Assembly: GCA_050273025.1 (NCBI GenBank)
Contig: CP158635.1
Coordinates: 186,001 to 250,000 of the forward strand
Direction: 5' to 3'
DNA from: Cenococcum geophilum
Taxonomy: Eukaryota
DNA: 64,000 nt
Shown here: positions 13,728 to 25,388 of the stretch, one piece after another
Layout: every line of letters begins with the position of its first letter
Position numbering within the stretch: the stretch's first letter is position 1
Position numbers and translations under genes: made by a program
The notes under the pieces: generated by a model
The model's database searches: none
The model's input: only the letters and a program-made list of their open reading frames with translations
Told to the model about the DNA's origin: nothing

Positions 13728-15275
13728 AGGCAACTTACAGAAGGGTCTTAATAGGCGTAGTGTACGTAACCTAATGCGTATATGCACAAGGCGACTTACA
13801 GAAGGGTCTTAATAGGCGTGGTACACGCAACCTAATGCATATATATGGGGGAAGCTGCAGGGGAAACACAGGCCAGTCGGACGAGGACTTAACAGTTAGA
13901 GACACAGGCCAGCTTATAAAAAGGGGGGACACAAGCTTAGTTAGTAGGAGGGGGGAGAGCAGGTCGCCTAGTGCGGGACCTAGTCTCTACGGCCCCCCTC
14001 TTATAAGACACGGTTGGCCTATTATAAGGAGACTCTTACAGGCAACATAAAACGGGAACTAGTAGTATATAGGGTGTTGCGCCCCTATATTACTACTAGC
14101 TTCCCACAGGGCGTAGTACGTAGTAGCTACTGCTGGCTCTAAGGACCTTATCCCTTAACTGGGCTCTAACCTTTAGTGCACCTAGTAGGTAGGTAGGATT
14201 ATACCCTAGCCGGAGAGACTACTACGTGGCTTAAGAGAACGGATGTGCGTATTAGTATATTAACAGACGGAACCGTTCGCCTCTAGGGCGGCTTACCGGT
14301 AAGATATGCTTAAGGAGCAAACAGGAGTTACTTAGGCGGGAGAGGCAGTAGCTTGGCCTCGTCCGTAGAAGGTGTACCCAACTATATTACAGGATGCAGC
14401 TACAACGCCTCTGTAGGATTACGTCAGTAGGCGCGAAGATAGGAGTTGCGACCCCTGGAAACGGCAGCTTATGCCCGCGCCAGCGGAAATAATAAAGAAG
14501 GCGTAAAACTAGAGGCTATAGAAGGCTCCCAAGCCGTACAAAAGCGTACCAACTCTAGGAGGAAACTCTTATACAGACTACTGGGGGGTAGACTGGTACT
14601 CGGGTAATACTATTATAAGATATCCAAAAGAACTGGTGAAATTCCCCGCAATTAGTGGTGGCAGCCAACTACTTATAGTTTGGGACCAAAGCACTAGAAA
14701 ACTGGGGTAGAGGCCTAGATAAGCAGGTATGTTAAACTCTACTATATTACTAGCTAATATATAACTACCTGCCCTTAGAAAGGGCCTAACTGGGGCCTAA
14801 GTATAAAAGATACCCAAATACACAATATCCCGCTCGCTTATTAGTATTACAGTAGTTAGAACGGATGAATCCCCCTTACGCCTTCGATAGGCCCTAGGGG
14901 GGGGAAGGCATGGCGTATATAGTAATAGTTAGACAAGAAATAGTATACAGGGGATAGCCAAGATACGGGAAACAGCAGTACGGTAATTAATTGGCAAGGC
15001 CTAGCTGGGACGTAGTGAACCCTAGCTAGGGTAAGCTAGAGAAGGAAGCAGTGGTTCCTAAGGAGTTCGAACATCCAAGGAGGACAGGACGTAGCCGTAG
15101 ACCCGCAGGGCCGCCGCTACGGACAGACATGGCAAATCGGGGTTTTTTATCCTACTAAGGTGGCTTATAGGGTTTTTCCTCCCCCCTAGCAGCAAGGGTT
15201 TTTTCCCATTAATATTACTTTTCCCTTGTGTACGGAGTAGTCTGCGTAGGGCTAGATAGCATCCGTATCAGACGT
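13728..15275. other. Unclassified GC-richer, less RIP-affected segment with a 61-bp tandem duplication at its left end
   Basis: Unit AGGCAACTTACAGAAGGGTCTTAATAGGCG...GCACA at 13728 and again at 13789. Composition shifts at both edges and it interrupts an acidic coding-like backbone sequence. Boundaries approximate. Confidence 0.45.
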
Positions 15276-15891
15276 TAATTAAAGAAGAATTATTATTAAT
15301 AAAGAGATATTAAGCGACGAGGCTATATAGGCGATGGTTAAATATAGTAGTCTTAACTTTATAGTCTTAAATCTATAAATAAAGGATAAAAATATAAAAA
15401 AGAGTTTTAATAAAAAGCTAGTAAAAGGGTTAAAACTCTAGCCTCTTTTTATTTAGCCTATCGCCGAATAAAATAATATTTTACTATCCCCACTAGAGTC
15501 TCTACCCGCTTAACTTATAGCAAGCTATAAAGTATTTATAATAATTTATACTTTTACTTAAATAAATAAATTTACTACTTTAAAAGCAATAATAAAAGGT
15601 AAATCTATACTAACGACCTAGAATTTTTTAAATTTCTTATAGACCTAGGACGCATGCCACCTTAGTAACTATTAGTTATATTTAAGACTATAGTACTTAT
15701 AGATTTATATCTTAAGAATATAAATATATTCTTTTATAGTGTTTTCCTTTTATTTAAATCATTTCTTTACTTATAGTATATAGCGGTTATTTATCTATTC
15801 TAGTGTAGTAGGGAGGGGTAGTTAGGTTATATAAGGGGGCTTAAACTTATAGCTACGCTTATAGGGCTATTTATATATAAACTTCTCTAAG

Positions 15892-16149
15892 TATTAGTTA
15901 CATAAGGTGGTATTACGTAACTACTGTTTATAGATAGTATAATAATTGTTATTCTATGTGTCTTAATAAGGGAAGGCGAGGAGCTTAAGGCTCCTCGCTA
16001 CGCTAGTGCCGCGGCAATATATAACGGTAACTTACTATATATAACGGCAACTTGCTATATATAACGGCAACTTGCCATATATAATGGCAACTTGCTATAT
16101 ATAACGGCAATATGCCTTATATAGTAGCCACTTGCCTTTATTCCCAATA
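15892..16149 (-). repeat. 3' LTR of Copia B1 (258 bp, five 20-bp internal repeats)
   Basis: Direct repeat of 23941-24138; hairpin GCGAGGAGC-TTAAG-GCTCCTCGC at 15976-15998. Confidence 0.92.
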
Positions 16150-19100
16150 CTAGCAACTCTTCTTTTATAATTGCTATCTATTTATATATACCGCTTAACT
16201 AGCAGAATAAATATTAATCCTCCTTATTTACTATTGCCATTATAATATAAGTCTCGCTGTCCCAAAATTTGCCTCTTAGCATATAGTACTTTCTTGCTTA
16301 TAAGTTGTGAGTAGGTATCTTATTAGTAGGGCAGCTAAGGCGCTAGCGGTAAGTAAGCTAATAGCGATTTTCTATCCCGGGGATAGAAAATCCTAATTAG
16401 CTAGTTTAAGTTAGGGTCTGTAGAATGTTATACTCCCCCCTTTAAAAAAGTCTTAGTAAGAGAATCTAACTAATTAGATAACTTTAACCGCCGGTTAAAG
16501 TTTCTGGATATTTTAAGACTTTACGTAATTAAGAAATTTCTAGGGACTCCCTTTTAACCTAACCTTTAACTTATATACGTAGAGTATTTGTATTAATAAA
16601 CGTCTCTAGTACCTTATTTGGGTTCGCCTTCGTTATTACATCTACTAGGTTATTTTGGCTATTAATCTATTAAATCTTAAAGAGTTCTTAACGCTTATAG
16701 GATTACTAAAGTGCCATAATATTAATTATAAGGCGCTTTTTCTTCGTAGTACCGAGCTTAACTAAACACTTATAGAGGGAATATAAGTCGGTGTATACGA
16801 TTATAGAGATAACGGGAAGTTTAAGTTAATTTATAATTATCTTTAGGGTAGTTCTAATTGCAATTGCTATATTAACTCCGCTAACTATTCTATATATCTT
16901 TAACGATAAAACACTTTAGGTAACGCGCTTGCTCTTAGTTAAGCTCTAATAAATAAGATTACTATAGATTATAAAGTCATTCTCTCTAGTAAATTTGTTT
17001 ATAATAATAATTGTATATCCTAACTAGGAGCTAAAATCTTTATTATTTATAAACGATCTATTAACAAATATAAAGAGCTTAGCGGTAGGAAGATTAATAG
17101 GTATATAGAGTAGTCCCCAATTAAGATGGTTTATTTACTAGAAAAGACGTTTATTTAGGGTAAGAATATTATCCTTAGTTAGTTCCTAGTATTAGGTAGT
17201 AATAAAGAGATTAAATAAAGCCTTAGGTTAATAGATAGAAGTAATATAAGCTCCGTAAGCACGTTACTCCATATATCCTTACTTTAGAGAATTAACGTTA
17301 ATAATATTAATCTTCTTGCCTTAACCCTTCTGGCGTAAAGCAATGGAATCCTCATTTAGGGAGAGGATATATTTATTAAAAAGTAATAGTGTTATTAAAT
17401 TAAGCTTTTCTTTTAGCTTTACTATAAGATTTGCCTTTACTAGCTCATCTTCTTTAAGAGCTAAGAATTGGTCGTCTCCTAAGATAATTATATTATTAGT
17501 TTATATGCCGATAATTCTAAACGGAGTTCCTATAGTTGTAATAAGGAAGTAGGGATTAAATATAGATATAGTCATTAAAAGCTTCTCTTTATAGTGCTAG
17601 CTATAGGTAGCCTATTAATAAGTTCCTGCCTTTACAATTCCGTATAATAGCTTAAGCATAACTATAATCGTATCTTTAGGATATTGGTGGCGAATTTACT
17701 TTAAAAGGTGTGCTAATATTAAGCGCTAAAGGTGCGTCTCTAATTAGGTGTAGGCCTAGGTAATATCTTACAAATAAACCGCCATTTTATTCTTTATTAA
17801 GGAGGGAGTTAATATAACAATAACTTGTTAACTAGCTCGTTAAATTATAGAAGATTATATAAGAATTATCTCCTTACTATTGTCGTTATAACCTTAGATA
17901 ATAAGCCTTAATTTCTTAAATAGGGCGTTAATAGCCTTGCCGTTAATCTTATTAACTATCCTTAACTTAAAGATGCGAACTTTATTAAACTTAGTAGGGT
18001 TATACTTCTTAAATTTAAAGACTCCTCTTATAATAAGACTGTTAATCTCCTGCTTGTCGGATGCTTAGAAAGGAGCTTTTAGGGTTATAATATAACCTTC
18101 CTTTTAAAGCTATTTTGCGGGCTTAAAGTCAGCCTTCTCTTTGGCTGTTATAAAGGCCATTAATAACTTAACTCTATTCTTAATAGCGGCAACAAATTAT
18201 TCTTTAAAATTAATAAGATATTAGCGATTTTGTAATCCCTTTGGGCGACCTCTACTACATCGTAGTTATAGCGTATCTACTATAATTATATTGGGATTAT
18301 AGTCGCCTTCTAGAGTATATTAATTATGGTTCTCCTTTAGGGTATCTTTTAGGGTATCCTATAAAGGCTTAATAATAGTTAAACGGAATTAAGTGGGTTT
18401 ATAAGGTATCTAAATAGTATAAGTTTAACCATTAATTATAATAAGTTGGTGTAGGCCTAACTATCCTCCCTTTTTACACTATACGCGTACTTTAGACTAG
18501 AGTGGCAGATTAAGCGTAGTTAAGGTGTTTAGGCCATTTCTTATTCCTAATGCGTTATTAACCTAGCGTATAGCGTAAAGACGTTGCACCTCCTTTATTG
18601 CCTTGCGAATAGCCTTGGCTTATTATATAATAAAGGGAAATAGTAAAAAATTATTAGTTATTTAAGGGTAGGCGCTAAAGACTAGTAATATAGGTATGAG
18701 TCTATTTAGGCTAGCGGAATTATTAATAGCTTTAACAGCTATTTATAAGGTGGGTTCTTTACTAGTATCCTTTAGTTCTAAAGAGATAATCTTATATACG
18801 TGGCGTAATGGTATATAATATTGCTCTACTTTTTTAATACTATTATGTGCCTTAATAGGGACTTCCTTAACCTTAATTGCTATTGCCTTTATCTATTATT
18901 AGAACTCTATAGATAAGAAGTTCTTTCCTATATTATATATAATTTAATTAGGGGGTCCTAAATAGATATTAATTTAGTATAACTAAAGGGTATCCTATGC
19001 GTTTCTAGCTAATATATCTTTTAAAAAACGCGCGGCTTAGAAAAAGATTAAGAAGTTAATAACTTAGAGCACTGGTTTACCGCTAAGATATATAACGTTA

Positions 19101-20470
19101 ATAATAATACAGAAGTTAAAGTTATAGTTATCCTTAAGGGTGAACTTAAATCGGCCAGGGAACTTCTGGTTTATTTAGTAATAATAGTAATACTTTATAA
19201 GATGCTTAATTGCCTTAACCTTAATTTTATAGCCTGTTTGCTAAAGAACCCTAAGTAATTAATAAACAGATAGGTGGCCAAAATAATGGTGTAGTTGGCG
19301 TAACTCTAACTTAGTTAAGTAGCTTTAAGTAATACTCTTTTCTAGTTAATAAAGGAGCAACTAGGGGTAACCCTACTTGCGTATAACAGGCACCTAATTA
19401 TCTCCTTAGATAAGTATATTCTTAGGGTTATTAAGCTTAACGCCTAATTTATCTGTATTTCTAATGCAAAATAAAAATAGAGTATTTATGGGAATAACGT
19501 GAAAAGTAATATACCCTAAGGGGGTTTAAACCCTAATTATGCCAAGAGAAATTATAGTACCTTTGCTAAAACAAATTGTATATTGGCCTGCTGTTAATTA
19601 GTTAATCTAAATAAAGCTATTAAGCTGCTAAAGAGCTTAAACTTAAGGTTCTCCTACTGTAGATACTCCTGCGGCTCCTGTATCTGGCATAATACTATAA
19701 AAGACATTTACCGAGTATCTATTGTTGAAGGAAAACGCGGAACTTTCCTTTAGCTTATTAAAGATATTTAACTTTATAATAGAATAGAGCGTAAATTAGT
19801 TATTAAAAATAGCGATGGTTTATATACTATCTACCTTACTATACTTAGTAAAGTATTAGTTAGGAGAGTAGTCCTTAATTTCTATATTTATAAGGAGCTG
19901 TTTAGTCTTATTAACCTTACCCTTAAGATCTTCTGCGCCTTTATATTAAACTAGAAAGCTTTAAAAGTAAGCCATAGTAACCTTATAATTTTTAACGTTT
20001 TTTATACTTTAACGGAACTTATTATATACCTTGTTTTACTTATTAAGGGAGTATCTAGTTAACTAGCAATTTAGCTTCTTATAAATATAGCACTTCTTTT
20101 AGCGATTACTTCGAAATAAACCTCTATAAGGACCTCTATAATTGCCTTATAGTTAACGTTAATTATACCCTTTACCATATTCCCTACCACGGCCACTATA
20201 TATTTAGTCAGTCTAGTTATAATTATATTAGTTAGGAATACTTAGTTAGGTAGGGTTTTTAATATAGAACTATTAAGGTTCTTATATTTATATCACAGTA
20301 CCTATAGTAGAGCGTAGTTCGGTATATACTCCTTTAAACGTATCTACAGGTTTATATAGCGCTAAATTGCACTTAGGAACGCTACGGTAGGCTAAGATAA
20401 CCTAGTCCCTTAGACTATTCTTATTTTGGTAAGTTTTAATAAGGCTATATTAGATTTTCTAAAGTTTATT

Positions 20471-22580
20471 TTATTTTATTTTATTTTATATCTATTATAT
20501 TATACTACGTATAATACTACGCATACAGCCTTAGGCTATAGCGCTATAGTTCTATATACATAAATCCTTTCTAGGCAGCTTAATATGTACTAGTAGCTAT
20601 ATCCTAGTAGTTTATAAACCCCTAAATTAGGAGTTTATAGTTTCCTAGTAAAATACTAAGATACTACAACTACTAGTAAATAAGAAAATGGTAAGAAAAA
20701 CTATAAGAAATCCTAACCCCTATCCCTGTCCTTTTGCAATTTATTTTTATCCTTTTACTCTCTAATATCTTTTTAAGAGCCTAGTAGGAGTTGCCTCCTT
20801 CTAGAATCCTGTCTGTTTTTATTCTTCCATAAAATCTTCTTCACGTACTAGTTTAGCAGCTTTAAGAGTCTCGCAGTCTTTACTATTAGCAAAGTGTTTT
20901 TCTTTACAATTAATGCAAAGAGGGGTGGTATGCTGGCAAGGCTTGCCTATTATTATATAGGTAGAATAGGAATGGTCTTTAAATAAATATACAGCCGCAT
21001 AGTATCTGTAGGCCCTAGTAGAGCACCTATTTCCTATATAGCCAAATTTTTAGCAGCTCGTACACTGCGTAGTAGGAGAGACTTCGAGGTATTTTACTAC
21101 CTTAGTAGCTGTACCTGCAATTAATATCTCTTTTTGCTTAAGGATTTCTTATCTTTTTTCTTCGTTTTCTATAGTAAAAACTATAGAGCCAAATCTGGTC
21201 TATGGATCGTGTCTTTTTACACTAGATAAGATCTATTTAGGTAGTCCTTATATCCTTATAGGATTAAAGGTCTCAATTTCTTCTTTTAGAAGCTTAGAGC
21301 CTCCTTCTCCTAGGAAAGGTAAGGTAGGAACCCTATAGGCTATAATTTAAACCTATAGTTCTAGTTTTTGTTCTCTTTAAAAAGTAAAGCATTTATGCCA
21401 GATTTCCTTATATTTAACTAGGAAATCCGCATTATACTCTTCCGTAGTTATAAGGAGAATATTTTGTTTTCCTTTAGTTCTAGCTATAGATGCTAAAATA
21501 GGTTTTCCTACTTGCAGTTTTAATATAAATAGTTAATTAACTTTATTTCGTATAGAGAAGGTATCTAAAGGTTAGTCCTTTTGGTCTATAACTAGGACTA
21601 GCTTTCTTTTTTATAGCTGCTTTTTCTTACTTCTAGTAGAAGTAGAAGAAGTAGGAAATAGTAGTGATAAGGAGGGTAGAGAGGACGAAGTAGAGAGGTC
21701 CTTCTTTAGCCTCTCTGCGTAGGTTTCTTTAGTAGGGGCTACCTCCTTACGGAGAGCTCTTACTTCTTCAACTAGTCCTTTTAGGACATCGTTTGTCTTT
21801 TCTTTTCCTTTTATAAAGGGGTTTTCTCCTACTAGAACACTACGTGTATAGTCCTCTAGCTGTTTAACTTGTTCCTTTTTATCTTCTTCTTCTTCTTCTT
21901 CTAGCCCTTTATAGGCCTGGGTTAGGCTATCTAAAGCCTTTTGTAGGTGTTGTTCTAGAGAAAGGGGAGAGAAAGATATACTAGGTATACCAGCCGTAAA
22001 AGTCCTTAGTTTAGTTGTCTTTTTTATAGGTTTTTGGTTTTCTTTTTCAGTAGAAGACTAAGGATGTCCTCTTTTTTCTCCTGTCCCAAATAGGCCAGGA
22101 GAAGGAAAAGGGGCAGAAAAAGTGAATGTAGATATAGGCTTATTATTACTTATTTCCCTAGGAGGTTTCTTTTTAGGCCTACCGGGCCTTGGCATTTTGT
22201 ATCTTATAGGGGGGTTTTCCTAGTTTTTACTATTCTTACACCCTTTTCTCCTTACTAATCCTACTAGAAGATTTCTGGGGAGATTAGGCTAAGAGATAGT
22301 AGAGAAACTAGCCCCTATTTTATAGTTTTGGTATTAGTAGTAGTAGTAATAGTTTTAGTATTCCTGTCCGTGCCTCGCTTATAAGCTAGGGCCACCCTTA
22401 GAGAAATTTTTCTGTTAGGAAAAGGGGGTAAAACGACAAATAAATCCACCTCTAGCTCGCTAGGCAGTGGGAATTAGGTCTTAAAAGTTAGAAAATCGAT
22501 TGTTTTTAATAGTAAGATGGGTATGCATAAGTTTTGGAGTGTGGCGCTACCTTTTAGTAAGGTTGCATATGTGGTGAAGG
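20471..22580 (-). mobile_element. Non-LTR (LINE, Tad1/I-like) element carrying only ORF1, with (TAAAA)n tail
   Basis: TSD TTTTCTAAAG(TTTATT) at 20455-20470 and 22581-22596; (TTTTA)n tail at 20465-20488. No endonuclease or RT motif between the ORF1 end and the tail. Confidence 0.85.
20770..22195 (-). pseudogene. LINE ORF1 gag-like protein with AT-hook-like N-terminus and CCHC zinc knuckles
   Basis: MPRPGRPKKKP at 22195; QCTSC(Q)KFG(H)IGNRC...(C)RY(C)AA...LCINCKEKHFANSKDC at ~21070-20870. True start may lie further upstream. Confidence 0.82.
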
Positions 22581-23940
22581 TTTTCTAAAGTTTATTAAAG
22601 AGTAGTTAAAGGCACTTTAAATAAGTCTTTATTAGGTTAGAAGCAATAACTCTCTAAAACGTAGTCTCCCGCTATTTAGATATATAAAGTTAGCGATTTT
22701 TATTAGTCTTAAAGTAGGCTCTAGTAAGCTAAAGCATTATATTAAAGTTATAGTTTTTACCCGCAATATAGTCGTAATAGAATGTTATTACCCGTCCCTT
22801 TAACATAATAGAGAAAGCGTAATAGTACTAGTAGCGTTAAATTCTAAGCTTATTATAACAGTTATAAAAGACCTATAGTTTTGCTCTAAGTATATTATAC
22901 AGTTCTCCTTTAAACTTTTTCTCTTTATCCGAATATACCTTTATTAGATTTATAACTTCTTATAGTAAAGGCTTACCGGTTAGCTAGAGTAGAGGAGGTA
23001 AAGGTAAAGTAACTCTAAATAGGAGAGCACCTCTAGGTAGGAGGGTAGCTTTAGGTAGGGGGTTAGCGTTTTAGGGGTTTTAATACGAATTAAAGTTGCC
23101 TTCCAAAGAATATAGGTTGTTTTTAGGTTTCTATAATTAACGTATAATCTTAGCTTCCGTCTATATTAGTTCTTCTATACTAATAATAACGGCCTAAATA
23201 TTACTAGTAATTGGGTTACCGTTCTTAGTAACGTATACCCTATTTCTATAGAGGAAGTCTTAAAAATCCTAAACAATATTAATGTTGCTAAGTGCCTAAG
23301 TATTAGCAGCCCATCCCACGAAATCCTCCCTAAAATACTCCTATAGTTGTAAATCAGTATAGTATCTATTTTAGTAGAATATAATATAGTGTAGGAGAAA
23401 GCTGTTAACTTGTTTTGCGGTATAAGTTATTATATTAAAGGCAAATTTGTCCCAATCTTTATCAATAAGTTTTATATGCTTAGCTACCCCTAGTAGTAAA
23501 GAGTCTTTCTAGTTATTTAAAGTAGGCATAGCCATGTTTTTAGAGGGAGGGAAGTATTATTAGTATAGGGATTGTCGTTTAGTACGCGTTTATAATGTAT
23601 ATTTATCATTTAGTACGCGTTTATCGTTTAGTACGCGTTTATAACGTATATTTGCGGTTATACGGCTTAGGACTAGTTCTAGCCTTAAATTACAAAGACT
23701 TATAAAGCGTGTTATTCTATATAATAGACGTAAGAATCTATAATCTTAGAAAGGCTTAGGACTAGTTTTAGCCTTTAAATTCTTAGATTTATAGAAGAGT
23801 TCTATTTAAGGTTTAGGATTAGTTCTAACCTTAAAAGACAGCTTTCTCTAGCACAAGTAGTACTAATATAGTGGCTTATCTCTTCTTAGTAGAATACCTA
23901 GCTACTCTGTAGTATAATAGTAAAGTTAATTACTAATTAG

Positions 23941-24138
23941 TATTAGTTATATAAGGTAGTATTACATAGCTACGGTTCGTAGATAGTATAATTATTATTA
24001 TTTTATATGTCTTAATAAGGGAGGGCGAGGAGCTTAAGGCTCCTCGCTACGCTAATGCCGCGGCGATATATAACGGCAACTTGCTATATATAACGGCAAT
24101 ATGCCTTATATAGTGACCACTTACCTTTATTCCCAACA
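23941..24138 (-). repeat. 5' LTR of Copia B1 (198 bp, two 20-bp internal repeats)
   Basis: Ends CCCAACA before the TSD; abutted internally by CTAATTAG (RIP'd CTGATCAG palindrome). Confidence 0.92.
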
Positions 24139-24300
24139 CTAAGTATATATAAGGGGGCTTTAAGTTATTATAAAGTTTATAAAAGTCTTTATATAGAAAG
24201 TTTTTTAATATTTCTAAATCTAGGACTTATATATTTCCTTTTTTTTATAGTTCTAATATTTTCCTAATATTTACTTCCTATTTATAAGCTAGGTTAGATT

Positions 24301-24815
24301 ACCCTACTTATATAATTACCCAGCTTATATAATTACTTAGCTTATATAATTACCTAGTTTATATAATTACCTAATTTGCATAATTACCTAGTTCGCATAA
24401 TTACTTAGTTTGTATAATTTCCTAGTTTATATAATTACCGAGCTTATATAATCGCCTAGCTTATAGGATTACCTAGCTTATATAAGTACTATACTTATAT
24501 AGTTACCTAGATTATAAAATTAGCTAGCTCCTATAAGTATCTAGCTTATATAATTACCTAGTTTATAGGATTACCTAGCTTCTATAAGCACTATATTTAT
24601 ATAGTTATATAGCTTATAGAATTAGCTAGCTCCTATAAGTATCTAGCTTATATAATTAAAGCTAACGTTATTAAACTTACTAATACCCTATTTACATACT
24701 AGGCATTAATTAGAGGGCGCTAGGTTAGACTACCCTACTTATATAATTACTTACCTTATAAAATCCCCTAGCTCCTATAAGACCTTAGCTTTTATAACCT
24801 CTTAGCTTATAAAAT
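24301..24815. repeat. Minisatellite of ~19-bp units (TATATAATTACCTAGCT-like) in the backbone
   Basis: More than 15 degenerate units at 24309-24660; partial re-start at 24721. Confidence 0.8.
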
Positions 24816-25388
24816 TAAAGCTATAGCTACTAAATCTATTAAGATTCTAGCTATATGTTTAGAGGGCGCTACGCCTAACTACCTAGCTCGCTTTTTTTTA
24901 TAGAATTCCTTAATTAATTAATAGTGCCTAAAGGAAATCGTTATGGAGGAAGTAAAAAATAATAGTTAAAGTAATAGAATATAGATATAGAAGCATTTAT
25001 AAGTGCGTATTAAATTTATCCTCTAATAGCTAGTACTATTTAATTTTAATTTAATAAACTACGCTAAATATATAGTGCCTTTTAACTCTAAAACTAAAAC
25101 TAAACTATAACTCGATCCTTATTACTACTACCCCTCTTATTTATAGCTCCCGGTATTAGTATTATAGCTACTTTCCCTAATAAAACTTATATTTACACCT
25201 AGAATAATAGGAGTGCGTATGTTTATAAACTTTAATAGGTCCTTTAACAGGTCCATATCTAGCTTAACATTAATACTCTTTTACTATTAGCAGTGCTACA
25301 TAAATATAAGTAGGTATACTTAAATAGTACTAAGTTTATATATCTAATATATCTAACTCTTTATACAGTATACTTATAACGTACTAAG

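Larger units (their letters stand above)
15892..24138 (-). mobile_element. Ty1/Copia LTR retrotransposon family B, copy B1, full length, interrupted by a half-LINE
   Basis: LTRs 15892-16149 and 23941-24138; TSD CTAAG (15887-15891 / 24139-24143). Minus-strand gag-PR (PDTGAAGVST ~19665-19690)-INT-RT (GMQTDD ~17490)-RNaseH. Confidence 0.95.

Noticed and set aside
24301..24660. CRISPR-like arrays (also 12301-12790 and 62741-63070)
   Set aside because: Units are contiguous tandem repeats without unique spacers, there are no cas genes, and the context is eukaryotic.
15887..25388. Same TSD CTAAG for Copia B1 and Gypsy D as target specificity
   Set aside because: D's site was probably CCAAG, other inserts have unrelated TSDs, and RIP enriches CTAAG.
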